In this document: positions 48,903-58,076 of the stretch, piece after piece | Numbering within the stretch: the stretch's first letter is position 1 | How the letters are laid out: each line of letters starts with the position of its first letter | Assembly: GCA_002794035.1 (NCBI GenBank) | Contig: PCXQ01000005.1 | Location: 16,909-80,908, forward strand | Direction of reading: 5' to 3' | DNA from: Candidatus Yanofskybacteria bacterium CG10_big_fil_rev_8_21_14_0_10_36_16 | GTDB lineage: Bacteria > Patescibacteriota > Minisyncoccia > 2-02-FULL-40-12 > IGHO2-01-FULL-4-A | DNA length: 64,000 nucleotides | Notes under the pieces: generated by a model | Databases searched by the model: none | Told to the model about the DNA's origin: nothing | The model's input: the letters and a program-made list of their open reading frames with translations, nothing else | Made by a program: the position numbers and the translations under genes

Positions 48903-50000
48903 TCAATGGTTCTCATGAGGCTCTTGTAATACAATATCTTTTAATTGCTCCTCCGGCAAAGGGCAATTCCCCCTGCCGCCTGTAAAAAAATTACTACGAG
49001 CCCAGTTGCCATAATTGCTAACCACTGGACTTTCACGAGAATAAAGAACAAACTCCGACCACACATTCGCTTTTAGATAGGGCACGCTCCGGATTTTTTC
49101 GGGATCCCCTACGCCAAAAACAAAATACATGGCCTCTCGTCTATTTAACTGGAAAGAAAAAACATACCACCCCTCATTTAAACTACCGGGGTCAAACCGG
49201 ATATCGCCAGCATTGGCATCCCGAATAATCCCTGATAAAACATCACCGTTAAAATAAGATGGCATCCATTTATCTTTTATTGACCAGCAAGAATTATTCT
49301 GCCAATCAATATATTGGACACTATATCTTAAACGCCGAAGCATCAACTGATCCTTTTGACGGTAATGTCTATCCCTTAAATAAAAGAGAGCTGACTGTCC
49401 AGCGTTAAACACGGGGGCTTTGTCTAATGCCGGAGGAGGAGTTTTTTCGGGTACTGTGTTTTCTGGGTTAATCTCCACAAGAAAACTATCACCAAATTTT
49501 ACATAAAACCCATCGGGTAGAACCTTGTCTTCTTGTTCTTCTTTGAAGATTGGCTCCACTTTTTGAGACTTAGCAACATCAATCTTATCAGCAAACTCTT
49601 CTTGGGGCTGAGAATGTTTTAGTTCTTCTTTTTTTGCCCTGTCAACCTTCTTATTAAACGATTCTTTTTTAAAATTAGCTGAATATTCACTAGATTTTTC
49701 AACTAACTCATCGTAATAATTGGCAGTTCTGCCTGAATAAAAAGAAAGAGTAAGAGCCAACAATACAGCAGCTACACACCATATTAAAAAATTTGCCCAA
49801 CCAGATTTTTGGGGCAACTCTTGAGTGTTTTGAGCTGTTTTTTGCTCTGGCTTTGATTTGGGTTCAGGTTCCGGTTTTGCTACCGGTTTTCGCCTTAGAG
49901 CCGGCTCCTCTTCTTCATTATTGTTTTTAACTTCCGGTTTATTGTCCTTAGGATCTTCTTTGTCCCCTTTTATTCTGCTTCTTGGTTTGTCTTCTGGCAT
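48903..50000 (-). CDS. Hypothetical bitopic membrane protein (orphan)
   Basis: Charged Pro-rich N-terminus, one TM, globular C-terminus; GGAGG SD; TTGACT..TATAAT promoter; CCCCGC terminator at 48876-48897. Confidence 0.7.
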   Translation of the reverse strand: MPEDKPRSRIKGDKEDPKDNKPEVKNNNEEEEPALRRKPVAKPEPEPKSKPEQKTAQNTQELPQKSGWANFLIWCVAAVLLALTLSFYSGRTANYYDELVEKSSEYSANFKKESFNKKVDRAKKEELKHSQPQEEFADKIDVAKSQKVEPIFKEEQEDKVLPDGFYVKFGDSFLVEINPENTVPEKTPPPALDKAPVFNAGQSALFYLRDRHYRQKDQLMLRRLRYSVQYIDWQNNSCWSIKDKWMPSYFNGDVLSGIIRDANAGDIRFDPGSLNEGWYVFSFQLNRREAMYFVFGVGDPEKIRSVPYLKANVWSEFVLYSRESPVVSNYGNWARSNFFTGGRGNCPLPEEQLKDIVLQEPHENH

Positions 50001-50114
50001 TTTAACCTCCAGTCCAATAATTAAAAAATAAAAGTTCTATAAATATTATAACAAACAAAACCAAGATAGTCAATCTTGGTTTTTAATTTCTTTAATAAAT
50101 ATTTTCACCTTAGT

Positions 50115-50408
50115 CTATCTTTGTTTTAATTTTTCCAGGAGAAGATTCTCTATAATACCTAATTCCTGATCATTGAAGCCATGTGATTTTTTGTTTTCAT
50201 ATTTCTTTGCCCATTCCATTCTTTCTTTGACTTCTTCTAAGCTAATACCCTTCTCTTTTTTGTCGGACTCTCTTAAATCAGTTAAAAACCACTCTTCTAG
50301 TTCTTTCCTCTTTTCCTGACTAAATCTGTAATCAATCCAAAGCTGGTTTACAAAATCCCTAAATTCATCTTCGGTTATAACAGATTTTTCATAAGTAAAT
50401 ATTCCCAT
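50115..50408 (-). CDS. Hypothetical charged helical protein
   Basis: 97 aa from ATG 50408 (MGIFTYEK...). Confidence 0.55.
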   Translation of the reverse strand: MGIFTYEKSVITEDEFRDFVNQLWIDYRFSQEKRKELEEWFLTDLRESDKKEKGISLEEVKERMEWAKKYENKKSHGFNDQELGIIENLLLEKLKQR

Positions 50409-50454
50409 AATAAAATAATTAAGATTCGTGCTACTTAGCAATAAATCTCAATAA

Positions 50455-51318
50455 TTAATTTCCTTTAATGCAATTATTAAATTCCACTACCTGGCCATTA
50501 TAAACATCGGCCAGACGCTCTATCTCAGAAGCAATATTGTTATATTGATTTACTAAATCATTATACTCTTTTACTAACCTATTGTATTCTTGACCTCTTT
50601 TTGGCTCTGTGTTATCAATTTCAAATTTTAATTTATTCAATCTCTCTCTTAATATTTCTGCTTGATCTGAATATGCTTCCAACTGAGTCTTTAGCGTATT
50701 GACAGGTTCGGGACAAGCAGATTCTGGCAAACCAAAAACCTGAACTGCAAGCCATGTTCGCCTGTCCTCAAACAAGCCCTGACCTACCGCCACCCCAATT
50801 TCTGTAAATCTTTCATTTAATATATTGGCCCTATGTCCCGGACTATCCATCCATGCCTGAACTAAATCCTGATCGTCTTCAAAATTTCCAAGGGCCAAAT
50901 TTTCACCAGTCATTATGTAAGCATAACCGACTTCATTAACCCAAAATTCTGGCCCCACTCCCGATGGAGATACATGATCGAAATATTGTCCCTGAAGCAT
51001 GTCATTAATCTTTAAAGATGCAGCGAGCTCAAGCGCAGAATTATGCTTAAGAGATGAAAGCCCGTTTTCATTTCTATTTACATTAGTCCAATTTAAAACT
51101 CCCGTTTTTGTTAAAAATGAATCCTCGACCGATTCTTCTTTGTCAACTCTTAGCGGTGGAGGTGTTAAAATGTCTTTTTTAATCTCTTGAATTATTTCTC
51201 TATCAAGAACATCTTTTGCCTCATCTAATTTTTCTGAAAAATCAAAAAAAATTCCATTAAAAAACAGGAATGCTGTTATAGATAGCGCGATTGTAATTAT
51301 TAAAAATTTTGGCTTCAT
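50455..51318 (-). CDS. CAP/SCP domain protein with a C-terminal coiled coil
   Basis: TNVNR, YFDHVSP, GENLA, AWMDSPGHRANIL. Confidence 0.9.
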   Translation of the reverse strand: MKPKFLIITIALSITAFLFFNGIFFDFSEKLDEAKDVLDREIIQEIKKDILTPPPLRVDKEESVEDSFLTKTGVLNWTNVNRNENGLSSLKHNSALELAASLKINDMLQGQYFDHVSPSGVGPEFWVNEVGYAYIMTGENLALGNFEDDQDLVQAWMDSPGHRANILNERFTEIGVAVGQGLFEDRRTWLAVQVFGLPESACPEPVNTLKTQLEAYSDQAEILRERLNKLKFEIDNTEPKRGQEYNRLVKEYNDLVNQYNNIASEIERLADVYNGQVVEFNNCIKGN

Positions 51319-51342
51319 TACAATATATTATATCAAATTATT

Positions 51343-51382
51343 ATAACAAAATAGCCCCGCCTTGGCGGGGCTATTTTGTTAT
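51343..51382. terminator. Long hairpin ATAACAAAATAGCCCCGC-CTTG-GCGGGGCTATTTTGTTAT
   Basis: Perfect 18-bp stem containing the recurrent CCCCGC core. Confidence 0.8.
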
Positions 51383-51393
51383 TGATAGATATC

Positions 51394-51651
51394 TTACATT
51401 GCTGGAGTTTCTTCATCTTTTTCTTCTGAAGCGTCGCCTCCCATGTCGCCTTCGCTTTCAGGCATATCGCCCTCAGAAGCAACTGACTCTTCTGCTGAAG
51501 ATGCTTCTTCTGAACCGCCTTCCATTCCGTGCTTTTGATCTTCACAGTTGCACGATTCTAAAGGCTGTCCGTTGTTGTCACATCCGGGTGTCTGACAAAC
51601 ACCGGGAGCGTCAGCTGTACCACCACAGCTTTTGCATACATTGTGTTCCAT
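51394..51651 (-). CDS. Small Cys/His-rich protein with an acidic tail (probable metal-binding)
   Basis: H..CKSCGG....GVCQTPGC....LESCNCEDQKH followed by an E/S/D-rich tail. Confidence 0.7.
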   Translation of the reverse strand: MEHNVCKSCGGTADAPGVCQTPGCDNNGQPLESCNCEDQKHGMEGGSEEASSAEESVASEGDMPESEGDMGGDASEEKDEETPAM

Positions 51652-51799
51652 AATTACGCAATGCAAAACTACAAACGAAACCCGAATTTAACAAAAATGT
51701 ATATTCGCCCACACTTGTAGATTTACGTTATACTTTATTTACTCTATTAATTTTATCAATCAAAGAACCAAAATTAAACATTGACATACAAAAAAAAAT

Positions 51800-51846
51800 A
51801 ATGCCTCGAATCAATATTGCAATAAGTAATATTGATTCGAGGCATT
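51800..51846. terminator. 21-bp inverted repeat, terminator of the 51867-52190 gene
   Basis: AATGCCTCGAATCAATATTGC-AATAA-GTAATATTGATTCGAGGCATT with a T-run on the minus strand. Confidence 0.75.
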
Positions 51847-51866
51847 TTGTGGACATGATTATACAG

Positions 51867-52190
51867 CTATAAAGAACGAACAAGTTCTATAATAACTGTA
51901 TCTGGAGCTGTTATCTCGCCTAGCCCCAATTCCGTCCCAAAAAACTCATCTCGTTTGGAATTTGGTTCTGCTTCAGCAACTTGCATAGAAGCAATCCTCA
52001 ATCTTAGTTTACTTGATTCTACAACTTCAGCAGACACAAGCTCTAGTGCTACCATCTTAATCATTTCTTGATAGCGATTATCAGTCTTTATACACTCGCA
52101 AACCTTATAAGCATCGTCCTGGTTTTTTAAAAGAAGAAAAGTTCTGTCTGTCACGTTTCCTATTGATTTTATTATCTCCAAAAGAACCAT
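51867..52190 (-). CDS. Hypothetical protein (orphan)
   Basis: AAGGAGG SD before ATG 52190; extended -10 TGTTATAAT upstream. Confidence 0.65.
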   Translation of the reverse strand: MVLLEIIKSIGNVTDRTFLLLKNQDDAYKVCECIKTDNRYQEMIKMVALELVSAEVVESSKLRLRIASMQVAEAEPNSKRDEFFGTELGLGEITAPDTVIIELVRSL

Positions 52191-52286
52191 TGGTACCTCC
52201 TTTTTGAAATACAAATCTTTTTAATTATAACACACCTTAATAAAAAAACAACCCCTGCTTATTACCCTGCGAATTGTTTTTTAACA

Positions 52287-52817
52287 TTAATTATCTAATT
52301 GTTCTAAAGTCCAACTCATCCTTTTTAAAATCAATAACCCACCAACAAAAAGCAATGTTGATGTTACAGCAGAACCCATACAGTAAACGCAAATAGCACC
52401 AAGTACAAAAAGTTGTATATAGACAAATAAAACAGAGGCAATAAAACCGAAAGGCGTTAGAAGTGCAGCCAATACCAAAAACTTGGGATTTTGGGAATCA
52501 AAATACAAAAATGTAAACAAAAATACAGACAAGTAAAACAATGCACCCAAAAGTGCTACAGGCACACCACCCACAATTGAATACTCGCTTGTAGTAACAA
52601 CCTCACACCCTTCTAATATAGAACAAGGTGGAATCTCCCCTTGATAATGCTTAAAGGTTAAATATGATGAATCTGAAAAACCGATTAAGCTAAGTATTAA
52701 CAAAGCAAAAATTACCCATTTGGGAATTTGGCTAGTTAGATTCACTCTCTGCACCTGCTCCCTGGTCAAGCTCAGAAGCTGAGAGGGAGTTTTGAATAAT
52801 TTCTTTAAATGCTTCAT
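52287..52817 (-). CDS. Vitamin K epoxide reductase (VKOR) family protein
   Basis: C..GCEVVTTSEYS, GVPVALLG, CVYC redox motif; start overlaps the dsbA 3' end. Confidence 0.9.
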   Translation of the reverse strand: MKHLKKLFKTPSQLLSLTREQVQRVNLTSQIPKWVIFALLILSLIGFSDSSYLTFKHYQGEIPPCSILEGCEVVTTSEYSIVGGVPVALLGALFYLSVFLFTFLYFDSQNPKFLVLAALLTPFGFIASVLFVYIQLFVLGAICVYCMGSAVTSTLLFVGGLLILKRMSWTLEQLDN

Positions 52818-53550
52818 AACTATTAGGATTTGTTAATTTCTTACCGTTTAAGAAGAAAGTGGGCGTGGCATTGACTGCAGACGACCTTGCACTTGCAATA
52901 TCATCATTAACTGCGTTTGCAATATCGTCTGCATTTAAATGAGCAACGAATTGCGTCACGTTTAAATCAAGTCTCTCAGCAATACTTACAAAGGATTTCT
53001 CAGCTTCTTCTCTGTTTAAGTTGGACCAAGCGCTCTGGGTTTCAAAAATCACATCATGCATCTCCCAAAACTTGCCCTGTTTTCCTGCTGCCTCAGAAGC
53101 ACGGGCAGCAAGTTCTGCATTTTTATGTATGGTGATTAAAGGAAAATGCCTATAAACGATAGCCAACCTATCACCAAAATCTTCGCTTAACTGTTTAACA
53201 AGGGGGTAATATGCTCCACAAGCAGGGCATTGAAAATCACTGTATTCTACAAGAACAAGCTCTGCGTTAGGATTACCCTTAATCCAATCTTCGGTGGTAA
53301 TATCTGTAGACAATATAACGGTGCCTGAATCATCTCTTTCAACTCCTTTACCGCCAAAATAAGCCATTGCCCACACAACTCCACCAAGCAACACCAAAAC
53401 AACAACCCAAGAAACAACCCTTTTAGTCTTCTTGCTTCTAACCCTTTTTACCTTATCTTCTTCTTTTTGCTGTTTTTTTAGTTCTCTGCGTTCTTTTTTT
53501 GTCATCTGACTGTCATCTGACACCGTATTTTGATTATTTTGCTCTTCCAT
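52732..53550 (-). CDS. Membrane-anchored DsbA-family thiol oxidoreductase
   Basis: EYSDFQCPAC, RHFPL, QGKFWEMHD, NATPTFF. Confidence 0.92.
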   Translation of the reverse strand: MEEQNNQNTVSDDSQMTKKERRELKKQQKEEDKVKRVRSKKTKRVVSWVVVLVLLGGVVWAMAYFGGKGVERDDSGTVILSTDITTEDWIKGNPNAELVLVEYSDFQCPACGAYYPLVKQLSEDFGDRLAIVYRHFPLITIHKNAELAARASEAAGKQGKFWEMHDVIFETQSAWSNLNREEAEKSFVSIAERLDLNVTQFVAHLNADDIANAVNDDIASARSSAVNATPTFFLNGKKLTNPNSYEAFKEIIQNSLSASELDQGAGAESESN

Positions 53551-53780
53551 AAAGATTAAAAGTAAAACATACGCTTAGATAATAGAAATACGCATGAATT
53601 TACCAATTATTACTAATAACTCTTTAAAAATTATCACCAAACTATCTTTTAATCAAGTTTTAACGAAATAAGCATGAAAATATTTTTTATCCATTTATCC
53701 ACTAATAATTTATTTTTGGTTATTTTTGGGTGTATAATTAAATAATAAGTAATTTTTAATAATTTTAATTCAAATTAATT

Positions 53781-55397
53781 ATGTTTGATAAAAATCATCC
53801 TCATTTATTTGGTCGTTTAATAACATTTATTTTTGCCTTTTGGTTAATTATAGGAATTGCATTATTTTCTTTAAACGACACACCTGCAGAAATAAACCAA
53901 GCAAAAGCTCAAACAATAAATAATGTTGGGGCCTATTTTTGGGCAGGCAATGTAAAAGATCTGGGCGGAGGATTCATTAAAACAGGAGAAACGCTTCTTG
54001 AAGGATTGGGTAGTTCGATTATACGAATATCAATGAGTCCAAGATTTAGAATCGACTATAATTTAGGAGGAGGCTGCATAAGCAACTTCAGCTTAGAAAC
54101 TCTTGCCAAGGGTCCTGATCTTAACCCAATTCTAACAAACCCCAGTTTTAGTACCATAATAATAACAGCCTATGATGGAACTTCTTTTTCAGACTGTGAA
54201 ACCAAAAATTATTTGTATCCCGATTTATATACCCCAGAAATCACCGCGGCCATTGAACAAGAATATAAGGCACTCGCTCAGTACTTAGGCACCATCAAAG
54301 GCAAAACATTCATTATTTTAAACTGGGAAGGTGATAATGATATTTATTGCGGTACAGCATATGGTGCTACTGCCAACAGTTGTCCCAATTATCAAAAACA
54401 TATAGAGGGTTTTACAAAATGGATAAACGCTCGCACCAAAGGCATAAAATCAGCAGGAGTAGGAAATGTTTATAGTGGTGTTGAATTTAATATTGTCAGA
54501 TATCTTAAAAATGCAGGATTACCAAGCATTCTTTATGATGTCATTCCCAATGTTGCCGCAGACTACTTTTCTTATTCTTCATATGAATCAATAAATGAAC
54601 TTTATTCCGGCGATAATGGAACCAAGCTTCTTTCTGATATTACAACAGCAAAAAGCGCTATATCAGCGGGGGGTGGCAACAATAGCAACTTTATTATCGG
54701 AGAATATGGTTTTGAGACTTTGGGCAGAGAAGATTCAAAAAACAAGTTAGAAACTGTCACAAACTTGCTCCACTCAAGAGGTGTAAGATATGCAATAGTA
54801 TGGAATCTATTAGATTCAGGAGGGGGGTTTGGTTTATATGATTCAAATGCTGTATTAACACCATCCGGCAAATATGTGTGTAGCCTTTATCAAGGAAGCG
54901 CTTGTTTTATTATTCAATCACCCAGCTCTACTCCAACACCTGCAATTACACAAACACCGAAACCAACAACTACTACAGTTCCCACAAACAACCCCTGTGC
55001 ACCTACAAGCGGTTTTGCTTCTTCGTGTATAGAAGATGGTACAAAAATAATAACTGTGGCACCTCCTAATATATCAAATAGCAACCTAAACCTTACAATA
55101 TCAATAGATATTCCTGCAAATAAAAATAGTGTTATATGGCCCACAGGTTATTATTGGTCAGCTACATTAAAAAACTGGGCACCATTCACATTACAAGGCA
55201 ATAACTATCCCGGATCTTCGTGGCTTGTAAATAGTGCCTCTACTACATTATCCGTTCCCTATTCTAATCTTCAGCCCGGGATAAATTATATAGTAACGTG
55301 GGATTATATATGGGATGGTTCGAAGTGGCTAGGACCGCCATGTAGCACCCTTACCAATTCTTTATGTTGGAGATTAGAAACATTTATCAGGCCATAA
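53781..55397 (+). CDS. Exported clan GH-A-like glycoside hydrolase with a PT linker and a Trp-rich C-terminal domain
   Basis: N-terminal TM; ILNWEGDND and FIIGEYGF putative catalytic Glu motifs; AIVWNL; TPTP linker; CCCCGC terminator at 55429-55448. Confidence 0.6.
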   Translation: MFDKNHPHLFGRLITFIFAFWLIIGIALFSLNDTPAEINQAKAQTINNVGAYFWAGNVKDLGGGFIKTGETLLEGLGSSIIRISMSPRFRIDYNLGGGCISNFSLETLAKGPDLNPILTNPSFSTIIITAYDGTSFSDCETKNYLYPDLYTPEITAAIEQEYKALAQYLGTIKGKTFIILNWEGDNDIYCGTAYGATANSCPNYQKHIEGFTKWINARTKGIKSAGVGNVYSGVEFNIVRYLKNAGLPSILYDVIPNVAADYFSYSSYESINELYSGDNGTKLLSDITTAKSAISAGGGNNSNFIIGEYGFETLGREDSKNKLETVTNLLHSRGVRYAIVWNLLDSGGGFGLYDSNAVLTPSGKYVCSLYQGSACFIIQSPSSTPTPAITQTPKPTTTTVPTNNPCAPTSGFASSCIEDGTKIITVAPPNISNSNLNLTISIDIPANKNSVIWPTGYYWSATLKNWAPFTLQGNNYPGSSWLVNSASTTLSVPYSNLQPGINYIVTWDYIWDGSKWLGPPCSTLTNSLCWRLETFIRP

Positions 55398-55484
55398 AAA
55401 GCTACGATCCAGATGCTAAACTAATCAAAGCCCCGCCAAAGCGGGGCTAATTATTTGTATAATATTATTGTAAAATTTTTAATT

Positions 55485-56234
55485 TTAAATTTCTTTAATC
55501 TTCCCTTCTAATCTGGAAAGTTCCGAATATAAATACAGGAATATCCTCTCGGTCTTTTTGTCTATTACATCGTTGTGACAGCCATCTATGGGCCCTTCCC
55601 CTAGAGATACGGGTTCAAGAATAGCATTCTTCAAAATGGAGATTGATTCCTTGATTACATAATCAGTATATTTATAATCATTCTCGCCATAATCATCCCC
55701 ATGCTCGATCATCCATCTATTACAAAGTTGTCTGTAAACTTTAGCGGGTAATAAATTGGCATACCATGTAAAATCAAGGCCGTATTCAAAATCAACCCAA
55801 ACTTGTCCCGATATAAAAGCCTCGTCAGCTACACCGAAGGCAGTTTTATGCCACATCATTACCTCATTATACAATGGGAATTTCTCGGGCTCAGGCGGCT
55901 CTTCAATTTTGTCTATTTCATTTAAAACACCGGTACTAAATTCCGTTTTACCGATGTCATTTTTCATGGCCATTAAAACATCTTTTAAATTTTGACCGAC
56001 ATTTTTTGTGACTTCCTCAATGTCATCAAGGTCTTCTCCACGATCTATATGTGCCTGCTTTTGTTTTTTTGTTTTACCACAAATTAAACAGGCATCTTTC
56101 CCGCATCCCAGCCTTCTCCATGTACACTCCATCCATTCAGGAAAATTAAAATTTTCTTTTTCTTTAAACTTTCTTTTTTTATTTTTATTTCTTGAAATAT
56201 TGCTTTGTTGCAATGTTGATTTATTTGGTTTCAT
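55485..56234 (-). CDS. Hypothetical protein with a Cys cluster
   Basis: CTWRRLGCGKDACLICG, then a helical region. Confidence 0.6.
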   Translation of the reverse strand: MKPNKSTLQQSNISRNKNKKRKFKEKENFNFPEWMECTWRRLGCGKDACLICGKTKKQKQAHIDRGEDLDDIEEVTKNVGQNLKDVLMAMKNDIGKTEFSTGVLNEIDKIEEPPEPEKFPLYNEVMMWHKTAFGVADEAFISGQVWVDFEYGLDFTWYANLLPAKVYRQLCNRWMIEHGDDYGENDYKYTDYVIKESISILKNAILEPVSLGEGPIDGCHNDVIDKKTERIFLYLYSELSRLEGKIKEI

Positions 56235-56380
56235 TTTAAAAATTAACTTAAAAAAAATTAATTTAAAAATTATTCTATAGTATTTAAGATTAATTTAAAA
56301 GTGTATTAAATCAGATTAATATTTCCTTATAAAAACCAACAGAAAAACCGCCTCCCAACATAAAGGTCAGCGGTTAAGTT

Positions 56381-56812
56381 TTAGTTTTTATTTCCATTAT
56401 ATACTCCGAGTTTTTTTATCATTTGAATTATAGGATTATCAAAATTGTAATTCTCCTCATTGCCATCTTCTCTCATTATTCTGGTTCTAAGCGCATCATG
56501 ATCAATAAAGTATAAAATTTCACAAAAAGCATAAGGAACCGTGCTTTGGTCTCCAGCAAATAAACAATAAAGGTTTTTATTAAAAGGACAAAAATAATCA
56601 TCTTCCAAAATGTGTTCTCTTATTTGCTTTAATTCGTCCAAAGTAAATTCTCCGAATGGCCATTTTTTTGGTTCAATCTTAATCAATAAATACCAATCTT
56701 CATCAAAACAATCCTCAGGAGATCCTCTTGCGTCGGAAGGTCTCATATCCACTTTTAAAAATACTATGGTAGCCCTATCAAGTCGCAACCTATTTGAGTT
56801 TACCACCTGCAT
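56381..56812 (-). CDS. Hypothetical protein (orphan)
   Basis: GGAGG SD before ATG; 143 aa. Confidence 0.6.
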   Translation of the reverse strand: MQVVNSNRLRLDRATIVFLKVDMRPSDARGSPEDCFDEDWYLLIKIEPKKWPFGEFTLDELKQIREHILEDDYFCPFNKNLYCLFAGDQSTVPYAFCEILYFIDHDALRTRIMREDGNEENYNFDNPIIQMIKKLGVYNGNKN

Positions 56813-57023
56813 CTTGGTCCTCCATTTCTTTATATCTTACGTATTTAAACTATTTATCAAATTAAATTTAAAATATCAATAGATTAATAAACATTAATAA
56901 CAAATAATAATTTTTTATTAATGTTTAACAATCTATATTAAACAAAATTCTGTTAATCATTTGTTGTAATATTCATTTTAATTCAACCTAAATCTTTCAT
57001 GATTTTCTACTATCTCTGGTTTT

Positions 57024-57126
57024 TAATTCTTAATTTTTGATTCTTGATTCCCCTATCCTAAGCTCGGAATAAAAGCTTAATTCTTAATTCTTGATTCTTT
57101 GTTATTGATTCTTTGTTATTGATTAT
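57024..57126. repeat. Degenerate 7-bp tandem repeats (TAATTCT/TGATTCT/TTGTTAT)
   Basis: Four units at 57024-57051 and seven units at 57078-57126. Confidence 0.75.
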
Positions 57127-57127
57127 T

Positions 57128-57862
57128 TTATTTATTATTTTTTAAATTTAATTTTACCCCCTCAATCCACCCGGCAATCTGACGAGCCAACATTGAACTT
57201 TCTTTTACCCTAACCCTCAATAATCCATTCTCAGTTTTTTTAGATGTTTTTCTTCCGCCATCCTTAATAGGTTTTTTTCTTTTAATTTTTTGAAGATATA
57301 CCCTCGGAAAATATTCTTTATTAAATCCCGTTTCTTCACTCCAATAATTAATTACTTTGGCTCTTTTTCTCTCTCTGCTTTTTTCCAAAAAAATATCGAA
57401 GCTAATTTCCTCTTTTCTTAATTCCCCAACTTCAAAAAGCCATTTCAAAAATAATTTTATTAGATGAGAATCTGAACTTGTGAAACGCACTCCCTTTCTT
57501 GAATCACTATCATTTTCATTTAAACCTCTTTCTCTCCAGTAAAGCATCACGCCCATCAACCAAAGTTCTTTTTTAGAAATATCCTTGACAGATACCATAG
57601 CTTGATTTCTTATTTCTTCATTCATTTTTTTTATCTGTTCCGTTTTTTTCTTTGAACCCACCCTGATGGCTTCTATCTGTTTTTTCTTTAAGCGATTTGA
57701 TTGACGTTTTGATAATTTTATGTCCTTAAGCCAATACGAAAGAGTCGCTTTAGGTGCATTAACTCTTTTTTTGATCTCAGAATATGACAAGCCTTTTCTC
57801 CTTAGGTCAATAGCCTGTCTTCGTTTTTCCTTTTTTTCTTGTTGAATTACGTCTATGGACAT
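57128..57862 (-). CDS. HTH + LAGLIDADG-like domain protein (CPR-type)
   Basis: AIDLRRKGLSYSEI..KATLSYWLKDI HTH; MGVMLYWRERG...VRFTSSDSHLIKLFLKWL; YWS; GLLRVRV. Confidence 0.7.
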   Translation of the reverse strand: MSIDVIQQEKKEKRRQAIDLRRKGLSYSEIKKRVNAPKATLSYWLKDIKLSKRQSNRLKKKQIEAIRVGSKKKTEQIKKMNEEIRNQAMVSVKDISKKELWLMGVMLYWRERGLNENDSDSRKGVRFTSSDSHLIKLFLKWLFEVGELRKEEISFDIFLEKSRERKRAKVINYWSEETGFNKEYFPRVYLQKIKRKKPIKDGGRKTSKKTENGLLRVRVKESSMLARQIAGWIEGVKLNLKNNK

Positions 57863-57917
57863 ACTACACTACGTTACTTAGTTATTACTAATATAATATC
57901 ATGGTATATTATTATAG

Positions 57918-57926
57918 TTATCCACA
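57918..57926 (+). promoter_or_regulatory. Perfect DnaA box TTATCCACA
   Basis: Exact consensus in a divergent intergenic region. Confidence 0.45.
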
Positions 57927-58076
57927 ACTAAATTAAGCCCGATTTTACTTATTTTTTTAACTTATTTTTTTGTATTTATCATTTTTATGACCCACTCCCC
58001 CTTTTTTAGTGCTTCATTGTAATTTAAAGCATAAATTGATATAAATACATATAGTTTTTTAAAATTATATGAGGTA

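Noticed and set aside
52732-52817. Programmed frameshift or fusion between dsbA and VKOR
   Set aside because: Each ORF is complete with its own motifs; the overlap is most simply an overlapping start, and no slippery site with a downstream structure was evident
733-55448. Recurrent CCCCGC hairpins as a CRISPR array or integron attC sites
   Set aside because: They are kilobases apart with no regular spacers; no cas or intI gene is present; they lack RYYYAAC/GTTRRRY ends; flanking genes are in mixed orientation
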